A stretch of 63,981 nucleotides of DNA, the filler included. It is 6 parts of 6 records of this genome, joined end to end, with 100 filler letters (N's around TTAATTAATTAA, not from the genome) between each part and the next. Parts side by side here need not be neighbours in the genome. Positions count along the whole stretch, not along the records: positions 27,714 to 39,667 come from SRR20825006_2347; 5 more parts are not named here. The stretch is one strand, 5' to 3'. The notes beneath the pieces are model-generated. The model did no database searches. It was given only the letters and a program-made list of their open reading frames with translations, and was not told the origin of the DNA. Within the stretch, counting starts at the first letter, position 1. Every line of letters begins with the position of its first letter. Positions 29,447 through 39,767 of the stretch are shown in pieces. Both the position numbers and the translations under genes were made by a program.

Positions 29447-30940
29447 ATGAAAAATAACTATAAAACTAAGTTTACTTTACTCTTTGTAGTGCTGGGACTA
29501 GCATTATCATCGTGTAGTGAAGAATTTTTAGAAGAAGTGCCTACCGAAAGCGTTTCTGATGTGACCGCTACGTCAACAACCGGAAACCTATTTTTAGTAA
29601 TTAACGGTATTCACCGTTCTTTATACATAAGATACGGCGCGCAAGGCCGAAGCGGTATAGGATCGTTAATGATTCAAAATGATGTGTTAGGAGAGGATTT
29701 TGTTATGACTTCTCGAGGAAACGGTTGGTTTGTTTCTGCGGCAGGTTGGTTAGATCACACCAATGCAGATGATTCTGATAACCTTTTCCCATATCGTACC
29801 TATTATCGAATTATCAGAAATGCTAACGTAGTCATTAATGGAGCAGAAAATGCTGAAGGTGATGCTGCAGAGCGTCAGGCTGCTTTAGGTCAAGCAACTC
29901 TTTATAGAGCTTGGGCTCATTTTCAAATGGTTCAACTTTATGGGATTCGCTATTCAGCAGGTGCTGAAAATACACAACCGGGAATTCCTATCAGATTAAC
30001 CGCTGATAATGACCCATTACCTCGTGCGAGCGTTGAAGAAGTTTATGCACAGATTAATACAGACCTTGATGCAGCTATTGAATTGCTTGACGGTTATGTG
30101 CGACCTAATAAATCACATCTAGATCAATCAGTGGCATTAGGATTAAAAGCGCGTGTAGCTTTGGTTCAACAAAATTACCAAGTTGCGGCAGATTATGCGG
30201 CGCAGGCTAGAGCCAACTATAATCTTATGTCTAATGATGATTACTATGCAAACTTCAACACATATACTAATGGTGAGTGGATGTGGGGAAGCTATATTCA
30301 AGAGGATCAAACCGATTATTATGGAAATTTCGGAGCGTATGTTTCAAGAAATTACAGTTCAACAAATATTAGAACAAACCCTAAAGCGATAAATAATTTG
30401 CTTTACGATCAGATTTCTGAAACAGATATTCGGGCTGTGTTGTTTGATCCTACCGGTCAACACGATAGTTTGCCTCCGGGATATTCAATTGCGTCTAATT
30501 TTTCACTTTTCCCATATACAAGTCAGAAATTCTTAGCCGCAGGAACCGGTGATAGTAGAATGGATGTACCTTATATGCGCGCCGGGGAGATGTATCTTAT
30601 AGAAGCGGAAGCGCTGAGCTATATTGATGAAGGAGCAGCGCGTTCTGTATTGTTTGATTTTGCTTCAAACAGAGATCCTGAGTATACCTTGTCAACAAAT
30701 ACAGGTCAGGCTCTTAAAGAGGAGATATATATTCAAAGAAGAATAGAGCTTTGGGGTGAAGGTTTTAGATTCTATGATTTAAAGCGTTTAAATCAACCGC
30801 TTGATCGTACAGGAGCTAATCACGTACAAACAGTAATTAATAATGTATATGAGGTGCCTGCCGGGGATAACAGATGGCAATGGTTGATTCCTCTAGATGC
30901 ACTAAATGCAAACCCGCTATTGGAGCAAAACCCAATATAA
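29447..30940 (+). CDS. susD: RagB/SusD family lipoprotein
   Basis: Lipobox LSSC; RAGEMYLIEAEA, RRIELWGEGFRFYDLKR, terminal QNP. Confidence 0.92.
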   Translation: MKNNYKTKFTLLFVVLGLALSSCSEEFLEEVPTESVSDVTATSTTGNLFLVINGIHRSLYIRYGAQGRSGIGSLMIQNDVLGEDFVMTSRGNGWFVSAAGWLDHTNADDSDNLFPYRTYYRIIRNANVVINGAENAEGDAAERQAALGQATLYRAWAHFQMVQLYGIRYSAGAENTQPGIPIRLTADNDPLPRASVEEVYAQINTDLDAAIELLDGYVRPNKSHLDQSVALGLKARVALVQQNYQVAADYAAQARANYNLMSNDDYYANFNTYTNGEWMWGSYIQEDQTDYYGNFGAYVSRNYSSTNIRTNPKAINNLLYDQISETDIRAVLFDPTGQHDSLPPGYSIASNFSLFPYTSQKFLAAGTGDSRMDVPYMRAGEMYLIEAEALSYIDEGAARSVLFDFASNRDPEYTLSTNTGQALKEEIYIQRRIELWGEGFRFYDLKRLNQPLDRTGANHVQTVINNVYEVPAGDNRWQWLIPLDALNANPLLEQNPI

Positions 30941-30961
30941 ATTTGAAGATTGATTAAACTA

Positions 30962-30994
30962 AAAAACCCGCTTAAGATTCTTAAGCGGGTTTTT
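30962..30994. terminator. Bidirectional intrinsic terminator between convergent susD genes
   Basis: AAAAACCCGCTTAAGA-t-TCTTAAGCGGGTTTTT, a perfect inverted repeat with A/T tails on both sides. Confidence 0.88.
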
Positions 30995-31031
30995 CTTTGG
31001 CTAAATGAATTTAATGAAACCAAATGTTGGT

Positions 31032-32606
31032 TTACCAACCTGGGTTTTGCTGCGCAGCAAGAGTTGGGTTATTGTTGATCTCTTGCTGAGGTATTGGCCA
31101 TAAAAATGCAGTCGCGCTATAAGGAATAGCATCTACACCATAAGGTCCGGAATATGCGGTGCCTAAAGTATAGCTTTCGGCAGTAGGTGTGCCGTTAGCC
31201 ACTTTTTGAGGAACACCACTTACGGGTGCTAAGTCATCAAGTTGTAGACGGTGAATGTCTGGCCAACGTCTTCCTTCCATCACAAATTCTATTCTACGCT
31301 CGGTAATGATTGCATTGACCAAAGCAGCTGGAGTTGCAAAACTTGTGCTCACATAGGCTTGAGTTGTAGGTGCTGTGAGCGATCTGTTGCGCACTAAGTT
31401 AAGATTGGTAAGCGCGCTTCCGGCAGCGTTAGTACGAGCATAAGCTTCGGCCATATTGAGTAATACTTCAGCATAACGAATTACCGGAGCAGGGTCTGTG
31501 TAGTTCGTAGCATCTTTATACTTGTTAGTATACTTTACTCCTGAACGTGTGGTTACTAAAGTTCCTTCTTCACGTCTTAGGTCGTCTTCTAACCAAGAAG
31601 GATTTCTCCAGATAATTGGGCTGATTACTACAAGTCCGCGACGATTATATTGAGAAGCTAAAGCTGCGTTCACACCGGGATTGTTTAAAGCTGTATTTTC
31701 AATAGAGAAAATAGATTCGGTATTAGCATATCCACTTGCAAAAGGTTCGTTTGGAGAAGCAGTTAAGGTATATGTTCCATTAAGCTTAGTTCCTTCTTGA
31801 ATAACCATTGGCCAGTTACGCATATGTAAATAGGCACGGGTTTTAAATGCAATTGCAGCTTCGCTTGTAGCTCTGATGATTCCGTCAGTTCCTCCACGCT
31901 CCGCTTTGCTTAGCAAAAGACTTTCAGCATCATCAAAATCAGCTAAAATTCGGGCATAGCAGTCTGCGACGGTGTTTCTACCTTGCTCCAACGCAGTAGC
32001 GATAGACTCTGCAGTGTTGATCGGGTAGTCTCTATAAGGAACCCCAAGATGTGAAGCGTCTGGCGTGTCGTTATACGGTTTTGCAAAATGAAACAGTAGC
32101 TCTAAATGTGCTGCAGCTCTAAAGAATTTTGCCTGACCTTCGTAGTCGTCAGCTTGTTCCTGAGTGATGATCCCGTTGTCTAACGCGGTCTGTACCCCTT
32201 CAAGAACGATGTTTGCTCTGTTTATTAAGCGATAGGTATCGCTCCAGTAATACACGTTATTTGCTGTAGTGGGGTCGTAGGTGCCGGTGTAGGTAAGCTG
32301 GTAAAAGGTAGCAACGTTTACCACATCTTCACCACGGTTATCTCCTTGCTGTACAAAAGCAGCTCCAAAAGGATATCCACGACCTGCGCCGGTATACACT
32401 CCTATTTGAGCCGCATTGTACATACCGGTTACGGATAGTTCCACAAGATCTGCGGTAGAAAACGCAGCGTCTTCAGAGATTTGGTTAAAAGGCTCTAGTT
32501 CGAGAACATTTTCTTCGTGACAGCTGTAAAAGACACTCAATCCTAAAACGAGAAGAAGTGGTTTAACAGCACCGGAAAATTTCATATTTAAAATTCGTTT
32601 TTTCAT
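31032..32606 (-). CDS. susD: RagB/SusD family lipoprotein
   Basis: Lipobox FYSC; IRYAEVLLNMAEA, ERRIEFVMEGRRWPDIHR, WPIPQQE..QNPGW. Confidence 0.92.
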   Translation of the reverse strand: MKKRILNMKFSGAVKPLLLVLGLSVFYSCHEENVLELEPFNQISEDAAFSTADLVELSVTGMYNAAQIGVYTGAGRGYPFGAAFVQQGDNRGEDVVNVATFYQLTYTGTYDPTTANNVYYWSDTYRLINRANIVLEGVQTALDNGIITQEQADDYEGQAKFFRAAAHLELLFHFAKPYNDTPDASHLGVPYRDYPINTAESIATALEQGRNTVADCYARILADFDDAESLLLSKAERGGTDGIIRATSEAAIAFKTRAYLHMRNWPMVIQEGTKLNGTYTLTASPNEPFASGYANTESIFSIENTALNNPGVNAALASQYNRRGLVVISPIIWRNPSWLEDDLRREEGTLVTTRSGVKYTNKYKDATNYTDPAPVIRYAEVLLNMAEAYARTNAAGSALTNLNLVRNRSLTAPTTQAYVSTSFATPAALVNAIITERRIEFVMEGRRWPDIHRLQLDDLAPVSGVPQKVANGTPTAESYTLGTAYSGPYGVDAIPYSATAFLWPIPQQEINNNPTLAAQQNPGW

Positions 32607-32616
32607 AGTAATAAGG

Positions 32617-35600
32617 TTATAGACTTAGATTAAGACCAAAAGAAAAAATGCTTGCTCTGGGTGTACCGTTAAGGTCAACACCTGCAGATTCCATTTCTGG
32701 ATCTAAGCCTGAGTAATCAGTAATCGTCCATACGTTTTGCGCTTGTAAATACAGGCGAAGCTTAGTGATACCTAATTGTGTAGCGGTATCAGCAGGTAGA
32801 CTGTATCCTAAAGTGATGTTATCTAATTTGATAAAATCGCCGTCTTCAAGAAAACGTGAAGTCGCTATTGAAGTTAAGTTAGTAGTGGTGTTTGTAGATG
32901 CATATAATCTGGGGGTCCATCCATCACCTGGATTTTCTACACTTTGCCATCTTCCTAAAATCTCAGTGCTGTTATTAGTAAAGTTTTGGTTTAATAAATC
33001 TCTACGCGTAGCATTGAATATTTTGTTTCCGCCGCTAAAGCGGAATAAAAATCCTAGATCGAAGTTTTTGTAATTCATAGAAGAATTTAAACCTCCAAAA
33101 TATTTAGGAAGCGATTGCCCTAAAATCACGCGATCGTCTGCAGCACTTAAAGAAGCAGCCTGAGAAACATCAGCAGGATTTGCAGGATCAAAAACCGAAT
33201 AACTAGAACCGGGCAGGTTGCCTTGAACTAAGCTTCCGTCTGCTTTGTAATAAACCGGATTACCATTTTCTGGATTTGTTCCGTAATACCGCACACCGTA
33301 AATAGAGTTGATTGATTCTCCTTCACGAGTGATCGTGTTGGTGCCTATACGGTCCTGACCGTTAACTAAAGCAATCACTTCGTTGTCGATAAAGGAGATG
33401 TTAGCAGAAACATTCCATCTAAATTCTTTATCCAGAATACGTGCATCTACAGCAAATTCATAACCGGTGTTTTGAATTTTACCAATGTTTGCGCGATAGC
33501 TGTTATTAGGTACTCCAAAAGACATAGGAGTTTCTAGATCTAAGATCAGGTCATCGGTGTCGTTTTTAAAGTAGTCTGCACTGAAGGTAATGCGATTGCG
33601 TAAGAAAGCAAGATCTACACCTAAGTCGTATTTAATACTGGTTTCCCAACGAAGCTGATCATTACCAAATTGAACATAACCAATACCATTAGTGTCGCCA
33701 TATTTTGCAGCGCCATAAAGTCCTAAGTAAGGGTAGTTGCCAATGTCTGTGTTACCAACTTTTCCATACGAACCACGGATTTTGAAGTCAGAAAGGGTTT
33801 CTTTAATGCCTTGCATAAATGATTCTTCACTTACAGTCCATCCAAAAGAAGCTCCTGGGAAAGTTCCGTAGCGGTTTTCAAATGGTAATGAAGAAAGTCC
33901 GTCTCTACGTAAGGTTCCCTGAAGGAAATACTTCTGTTTGTAGTTATAATTCAAACGACCGGCATAGGAAATCAAACCGTTCTCGCTTAAGCTTCCGCCA
34001 GAACCTTGAACACCATACGAGTTGCTAATGAGGTTTTGATTGAAAAACTCGTTGCTTAGATCAGTACCTGTACCGAAGAAACTTTGGTCTCTTGACTTTT
34101 GATATTCATTGATTAGTGTAAGCGAAACATTATGATCTTCTCCATAAGTCTCGTTGTAGCTCAATACGTTTTGCCAGTTCCAGCGGGTAAGGTCAGTATT
34201 GCTGTTTTGCACACGTCCGTTTGAGCCATATCCATCACCGTGAATCGGGCTCCAGAATAAGAAACCTGTGGTGTTGGTTTGATCAATACTAACTTGAGTT
34301 CTAAAGTTGATCGTAGAAACGGGTTTGATATCTGCATAAACATTCCCAATAACACGGTTTACTTTAGAGTAGTACGAGTTGTTCTCAATCGCAAACATAA
34401 TGTTTGGGATGTTATCTCCTACGGTTTCTAAGTTGGTGCCGCGTCCCATACGATCAGGGAATGTGTCATCTAAATTATAACCTGTAGGATCATTTGCATC
34501 ATAAGGAGATACGTTAGGATGCTGGCGGCTCGCATTAAAAATGTTACCTGAAAGTGAGTTGGTGCCGGTGTTTAAGCCGTTGTACTCAGAGCGGGTTAAA
34601 CCTGCGTTTACCCCCATAGATAACCAACTTTTGATTTTCTGCTCAATATTTGATCTAAACGTATAACGTATAAAGTCATTAGGGCGCGCAATACTTTCTT
34701 GCTCGGTATAGCCTAAAGACAAATAGTACTTTGTGTACTGTGTTCCGCCCGAAAAAGAAACGCTATGATCCTGTTGAAAAGCATTGTCATTTAAAACAAG
34801 ATCTTGCCAATCTGTATTGAATTCGGTTCCTGCAGCCCAATCGCTTTGTCCGCGGTTGCTGCGCTTTTCATTACTTATGGTAACAAAGTCTGAAGCGCCT
34901 AAGAGATTAAACGTGTTTACCGGTCTTGCAAAACCTGCAGACATGTTGTAATTGATAGTCATTTTTCCTTCGCGACCTTTTTTGGTAGTGATCAAAACAA
35001 CACCGTTTGCAGCGCGTGATCCATAGATTGCAGTAGCCGAACCATCTTTTAAAATTTCTACAGATTCAATATCGGCAGGGTTTACGTCACCTAAAGCGTT
35101 GTTGGAAGCGTAACCTCCTAAGTCTCCGGTGTAAATAGGAATACCATCAACAACTACTAATGGATATGTGCCCGAATCGATTGAAGCAATACCTCGTATT
35201 CTGAAACGTGGAGTTTCACCAATAATTCCGGTCTGTGTAGTAACCTGTACCCCGGCAGCGCGTCCTGCTAGTTGAGATTCAAAGCTTGGAGTAACCAAGT
35301 TTGCGATGTCATCTCCCTTTACTTGAGATACCGAAGCGGTCAAGTCACGCTTGCGTTGAACACCATAACCCACTACCACTACCTCGTCTAGCGATTCGGT
35401 GTTTTCTGCAAGGGTTACATTTAATGTAGTTTTTGCACCCACAAGCTGCTCTTGCGTTTCAAAGCCCACAAATGAAAATACTAAGGTTTCATTTGAGCTG
35501 GCGTCAATAGTGTAGGCGCCGTCAAAGTCAGTCTGCGTACCTCTACCGGTGGCGCCTTTGATGACTACATTTACTCCCGGAAGCGGAGTGCCGTCTGCAC

Positions 35601-35691
35601 CGATTACGGTACCTGTCACGGTCTTTTGCTGTGCGAAAGCCGACAGGCTTAGCAAGCACATTAAGAAACTAAATAATAATTTTTTTATCAT
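32617..35691 (-). CDS. susC: SusC/RagA TonB-dependent transporter
   Basis: LDEVVVVGYG, PLVVVDGIP, NPADIESVEILKDGSATAIYGSRAANGVVLITTKKG. Confidence 0.95.
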   Translation of the reverse strand: MIKKLLFSFLMCLLSLSAFAQQKTVTGTVIGADGTPLPGVNVVIKGATGRGTQTDFDGAYTIDASSNETLVFSFVGFETQEQLVGAKTTLNVTLAENTESLDEVVVVGYGVQRKRDLTASVSQVKGDDIANLVTPSFESQLAGRAAGVQVTTQTGIIGETPRFRIRGIASIDSGTYPLVVVDGIPIYTGDLGGYASNNALGDVNPADIESVEILKDGSATAIYGSRAANGVVLITTKKGREGKMTINYNMSAGFARPVNTFNLLGASDFVTISNEKRSNRGQSDWAAGTEFNTDWQDLVLNDNAFQQDHSVSFSGGTQYTKYYLSLGYTEQESIARPNDFIRYTFRSNIEQKIKSWLSMGVNAGLTRSEYNGLNTGTNSLSGNIFNASRQHPNVSPYDANDPTGYNLDDTFPDRMGRGTNLETVGDNIPNIMFAIENNSYYSKVNRVIGNVYADIKPVSTINFRTQVSIDQTNTTGFLFWSPIHGDGYGSNGRVQNSNTDLTRWNWQNVLSYNETYGEDHNVSLTLINEYQKSRDQSFFGTGTDLSNEFFNQNLISNSYGVQGSGGSLSENGLISYAGRLNYNYKQKYFLQGTLRRDGLSSLPFENRYGTFPGASFGWTVSEESFMQGIKETLSDFKIRGSYGKVGNTDIGNYPYLGLYGAAKYGDTNGIGYVQFGNDQLRWETSIKYDLGVDLAFLRNRITFSADYFKNDTDDLILDLETPMSFGVPNNSYRANIGKIQNTGYEFAVDARILDKEFRWNVSANISFIDNEVIALVNGQDRIGTNTITREGESINSIYGVRYYGTNPENGNPVYYKADGSLVQGNLPGSSYSVFDPANPADVSQAASLSAADDRVILGQSLPKYFGGLNSSMNYKNFDLGFLFRFSGGNKIFNATRRDLLNQNFTNNSTEILGRWQSVENPGDGWTPRLYASTNTTTNLTSIATSRFLEDGDFIKLDNITLGYSLPADTATQLGITKLRLYLQAQNVWTITDYSGLDPEMESAGVDLNGTPRASIFSFGLNLSL

Positions 35692-35762
35692 TTAACATAC
35701 ATATTGATTAAGTGTCGAAAAGTATGTTAAATGTCAATTGAAATTACAAGATTTTCAATTGA
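35689..35762. promoter_or_regulatory. Two adjacent inverted repeats over the susC start and promoter (operator-like)
   Basis: CATTTAACATAC (35689-35700) / GTATGTTAAATG (35722-35733); TCAATTGAAA (35734-35743) / TTTCAATTGA (35753-35762). Confidence 0.45.
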
Positions 35763-36007
35763 AGGTCTTTTTTATTGAGAAGTATGTAAATCGAGTTGTG
35801 GAGGTGGCGATTTTTGATTTAAAATATGGTTTTTAGTTAAAAACATAATTTAAATGCAAAAAAATCCTTGTGCGTAGTATAGCGTTTTTGTTAAGGTTTT
35901 TGCTGACTTTTTTAAAAAACAGCGTGACCAATGCTTATTTACGACTTATGGAAGGATAAAAATCTTTTTTCTATTTAAGGGTGCCAATATTTCAATTTTC
36001 AAAAAGT

Positions 36008-36829
36008 CTATTTATATGCTTTGTAAAGAATTACGATTTGATTGGTACGGTCTGGGCTTGCCGTGGTGGGGGACAAAAATCGATCAAAATTTAGGGTGAA
36101 GCCATCACTGTCAAATGACTGCAAGGATGCTCGTATTAAACCGTCCTGATCCTCTGAGCCACCGCTTGCGGTCCCATTGTCGTGAATAGCTTGCCCATTA
36201 TTGTTGACGAAATAGGCTGCAATACAATGCGTGTCTGATGCAAAGGTTCCTATATTATTAATACTTGAACCACTAAATGCGTTTGAGATCACTTGTTGAT
36301 CAATCGTACCGCCGTTGTTCTGCGCATAGCCAAATGTTGTTCCGCCTGCCATTCTGATATCATTTGTATTGTTACCGTCAGACCTATAGGTAGTATTGAA
36401 GTCTTGTATGCGGTTCATTGCAACGAATTCTACGGCGCTAGGGGTAAACCCTACTCCAGTAACAGCTTCTGTACCTGCACTGGTCACAAGGATTTTTCCA
36501 AAGTGAATTTGCTTTGTGGTTTCAGATAATAATTGATTCCATTGGCTGTTTTGCCAATAATAAAACCCGGCAGGAGTTAAGCCGCCTGTTCCGTCGTTGT
36601 AGACTAAGGTGCTTTCGGCAAGGGCTCCGCTGTCTGTGTTGACTACCGTAGTATTATCTGTAGTGCTAGTAAGTGCTACACGTGGAATAAGCATACCACC
36701 ATTAGCAACAGACTGCACGTCTAGGCTAGCTTCTGGAGCTGTGGTGCCAATACCAATCTGAGCAAATAAAGCTTGAGAGAAGAGTAAAAGTGTTAAAACT
36801 AGGGGTGAGAATTTATTCATCATTAGCAT
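36008..36829 (-). CDS. Secreted hypothetical protein (Bacteroidetes IGIGT..P..SLDV..GMLIPRV repeat module)
   Basis: Signal peptide ending ALFAQ; QIGIGTTAPEASLDV, GMLIPRVAL, LVYN, GFYYW..W; start uncertain among ATG 36829/36823/36820. Confidence 0.7.
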   Translation of the reverse strand: MLMMNKFSPLVLTLLLFSQALFAQIGIGTTAPEASLDVQSVANGGMLIPRVALTSTTDNTTVVNTDSGALAESTLVYNDGTGGLTPAGFYYWQNSQWNQLLSETTKQIHFGKILVTSAGTEAVTGVGFTPSAVEFVAMNRIQDFNTTYRSDGNNTNDIRMAGGTTFGYAQNNGGTIDQQVISNAFSGSSINNIGTFASDTHCIAAYFVNNNGQAIHDNGTASGGSEDQDGLIRASLQSFDSDGFTLNFDRFLSPTTASPDRTNQIVILYKAYK

Positions 36830-36933
36830 TTTAGTCCTGATGAACATCAAATTTAAAAAGAGAATTCTTTTTGGGTTAGGTTAAAGTGCTATTTTAAAGT
36901 TTTTTAACGGTATAAATTATTCGCAAACCTCTG

Positions 36934-36964
36934 TTTGCTATCTAAATATATAATTGTACATTTG
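36934..36964 (+). promoter_or_regulatory. Bacteroidetes housekeeping promoter of the rplM operon
   Basis: TTTG (36934-36937), 19-nt spacer, TACATTTG (36957-36964). Confidence 0.75.
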
Positions 36965-37032
36965 CACCCCTGTTTTCACGCGCGAGCGATTGAAGACAGG
37001 AAATGGAATGTTTAATAATTAAATAAAACAGT

Positions 37033-37488
37033 GTGGACACATTAAGTTACAAAACAGTATCTGCCAACAAAAACACCGTAAACAAAGAGTGGGTTGTTGT
37101 TGATGCTGAAGGACAAACGTTAGGGCGTATGTCTTCTGTAGTAGCAAAACTGTTACGCGGGAAGTACAAAACTAACTACACACCACACGTTGATTGCGGA
37201 GACAATGTTGTTGTTATCAACGCCTCTAAAATCAACTTAACAGGTAAAAAGTGGGACGCTAAGTCTTACATCCGTCACACGGGTTATCCTGGTGGTCAAA
37301 GAAGCCTTACTGCAAAAGAATTGTATGGTAAAGACCCTGCGCGTCTTATCGAGAATGCAGTAAAAGGTATGTTGCCTAAAAACAAATTAGGTAGTGCGAT
37401 CTATCGCAATTTAAAGGTTTATGCCGGTGCAGAACACGGGCAGGAAGCGCAAAAACCTAAAGCAATTAACATTAACGAACTCAAGTAA
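37033..37488 (+). CDS. rplM: 50S ribosomal protein L13
   Basis: WVVVDAEG..LGR, YTPHVDCGD, HTGYPGG, GMLPKNKLG; GTG start. Confidence 0.98.
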   Translation: MDTLSYKTVSANKNTVNKEWVVVDAEGQTLGRMSSVVAKLLRGKYKTNYTPHVDCGDNVVVINASKINLTGKKWDAKSYIRHTGYPGGQRSLTAKELYGKDPARLIENAVKGMLPKNKLGSAIYRNLKVYAGAEHGQEAQKPKAININELK

Positions 37489-37875
37489 ATGGAAGTAATT
37501 CACAAAATTGGTCGTAGAAAGACCGCCGTTGCTCGTGTTTATTTAGCTCCTGGTTCTGGTAACATCACCATCAACAAGCGTGATCTTAAAGAATACTTCA
37601 CAACAGGAACGTTACAGTACAAAGTTAATCAGCCATTAGTAATGACTGAAAATGATAAAAACTTTGACGTAAAAGTAAACGTTTATGGTGGAGGTATCAC
37701 AGGACAAGCAGAAGCTGTACGTTTAGCTCTTTCTAGAGCAATGTGCGAAGTAGATGCAGAGAACAGAGGTATCCTTAAGCCGGAAGGTTTGTTAACAAGA
37801 GACCCAAGAATGGTAGAGCGTAAGAAATTCGGTCAGAAGAAAGCGCGTAAGAAATTCCAATTCTCAAAACGTTAA
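37489..37875 (+). CDS. rpsI: 30S ribosomal protein S9
   Basis: [37 protein letters not shown]. Confidence 0.98.
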   Translation: MEVIHKIGRRKTAVARVYLAPGSGNITINKRDLKEYFTTGTLQYKVNQPLVMTENDKNFDVKVNVYGGGITGQAEAVRLALSRAMCEVDAENRGILKPEGLLTRDPRMVERKKFGQKKARKKFQFSKR

Positions 37876-37980
37876 CAGCAATCGTGTTTCAATCTTTATG
37901 GAATTTATTTTTCATTCAGTTTTTGAAAGCGAAAAGAAATTAATTTAAAAATTAAGTCGTTGTCCTGAGTGATCAGGAAA

Positions 37981-38061
37981 TTAGTTTAGCATCTAAATGT
38001 GCTTGGCGATTCATTAAGAAGACCACTTGCATATTGCTACTACAACGGGAACGTAAACTAA
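37981..38061 (+). promoter_or_regulatory. Candidate structured rpsB (S2) leader RNA
   Basis: TTAGTTTA (37981-37988) pairs with TAAACTAA (38054-38061); inner AATGTGC/GCATATT stem; ends 7 nt before the rpsB ATG. Confidence 0.45.
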
Positions 38062-38068
38062 AGTCAAA

Positions 38069-38854
38069 ATGGCAAAAACAGAAAATGTAAAGGATTTACT
38101 GGATGCAGGTGTACACTTTGGTCACCTTACCAGAAGATGGGATCCTAACATGGCACCATATATTTATATGGAGCGTAATGGGATTCACATCATCAATCTA
38201 TACAAAACTGCTGCTAAACTTAGCGAAGCTTCAGAAGCACTAAGTAAAATTGCAGCTTCAGGTAGAAAAATACTTTTTGTAGCTACCAAAAAACAAGCTA
38301 AAGAGATTGTTGCAGAACAAGCAACTCGTGCAAAAATGCCTTACATCACAGAGCGTTGGCCTGGAGGTATGTTAACCAACTTCGTAACTATACGTAAAGC
38401 GGTTAAGAAAATGCAAACTGTAGATCGTATGAAACAAGACGGTCGTTTTGATAGCTTGTCTAAAAAAGAGCAATTACAAATGAACCGTATGCGTGAAAAA
38501 CTTGAAAAGAACTTAGGTTCTATCGAGGATATGACACGTCTTCCAGGTGCACTATTTGTAGTTGACATCAAACGTGAACACATTGCGATTAAAGAAGCTC
38601 AAAAATTAAACATTCCAATCTTTGCGATGGTTGATACCAACTCTGATCCACGTCAGGTTGATTATGCTATCCCATCTAATGATGACGCTTCAAAATCTAT
38701 TGAGAAAATCATTTCTAACGTTGCTGATGCTATCGTAGAAGGTCTTTCAGAACGCAAAGCCGGAAAAGAAAAATCTGGTGAAGGGAAGAAAGATAAAGCA
38801 GCTAAGCCGGCAAAGGCAAAAGCTAAAGCTGTAGCTAACGACGAAGAAGAATAG
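38069..38854 (+). CDS. rpsB: 30S ribosomal protein S2
   Basis: [30 protein letters not shown]. Confidence 0.98.
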   Translation: MAKTENVKDLLDAGVHFGHLTRRWDPNMAPYIYMERNGIHIINLYKTAAKLSEASEALSKIAASGRKILFVATKKQAKEIVAEQATRAKMPYITERWPGGMLTNFVTIRKAVKKMQTVDRMKQDGRFDSLSKKEQLQMNRMREKLEKNLGSIEDMTRLPGALFVVDIKREHIAIKEAQKLNIPIFAMVDTNSDPRQVDYAIPSNDDASKSIEKIISNVADAIVEGLSERKAGKEKSGEGKKDKAAKPAKAKAKAVANDEEE

Positions 38855-38877
38855 TATTTAACAATTTGATAATAAGT

Positions 38878-38923
38878 AAAGTCGTTTAGTATACTGCATT
38901 TTTGCACTAAACTAAACGACTTT
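38878..38923 (+). terminator. Hairpin (terminator/attenuator) between rpsB and tsf
   Basis: AAAGTCGTTTAGT ... ACTAAACGACTTT 13-bp inverted repeat followed by T-rich tract. Confidence 0.6.
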
Positions 38924-38950
38924 TGTTTTAACTCATAAAACGTATTTAAA

Positions 38951-39667
38951 ATGGCAAAAATAACAGCCGCAGAAGTAAATAAACTTAGAAAGGCTACCGG
39001 TGCAGGTATGATGGATTGTAAAAATGCACTTGTAGAAGCTGATGGTGATTTTGATGAAGCAATCGCTGTCCTTCGTAAAAAAGGACAAAAAGTTGCTGAA
39101 AAAAGAGCAGACCGCGATTCTAGCGAAGGAGTTGTGGTAGCAAAGATCAATGATGCAAACAACCGTGGTGTTGTGTTTTCATTAAACTGTGAGACCGATT
39201 TCGTTGCTAAAAATGATTCTTACGTAGAGTTAGCAAATGAACTTGGTGATATCGCGATCAACTTTGACACTAAAGAAGCGTTCTTAGCAGCAGACTTTAA
39301 AGGGATGACTGTTGAAGAAAAATTGATCGAGCAAACAGGTGTAATTGGTGAGAAACTAGAAATTGGTGGTTTTGAACTTTTAGAAGCTCCATTTGTTGGT
39401 TCATATGTACACGGTAACAAAATTGGTGCTTTAACCGGTTTATCTCAAGCTTCAGATAATGCAGAAGAAGTTGCAAAAACAGTTTCTATGCAGGTAGCTT
39501 CTATGGGGGCAACCACGTTATCATACAAAGATTTTGATCCAGAATTTGTTGCTTCAGAAACCGAAGCACGCATCGCTGCGATCGAAAAAGAAAACATCGA
39601 ATTAGGTCGTTTAGGAAAAACCCTTAAAAACGTACCACAATACATCTCTATGTCTCAGTTAACTCCA
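38951..39667 (+). CDS. tsf: Elongation factor Ts, 3'-truncated
   Basis: LRKATGAGMMDCK, LNCETDFVAKN; follows rpsB. Confidence 0.97.
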
Positions 39668-39767
39668 NNNNNNNNNNNNNNNNNNNNNNNNNNNNNNNNN
39701 NNNNNNNNNNNTTAATTAATTAANNNNNNNNNNNNNNNNNNNNNNNNNNNNNNNNNNNNNNNNNNNN
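39668..39767. other. Artificial contig linker
   Basis: N run with TTAATTAATTAA; GC content rises sharply after it. Confidence 0.97.
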
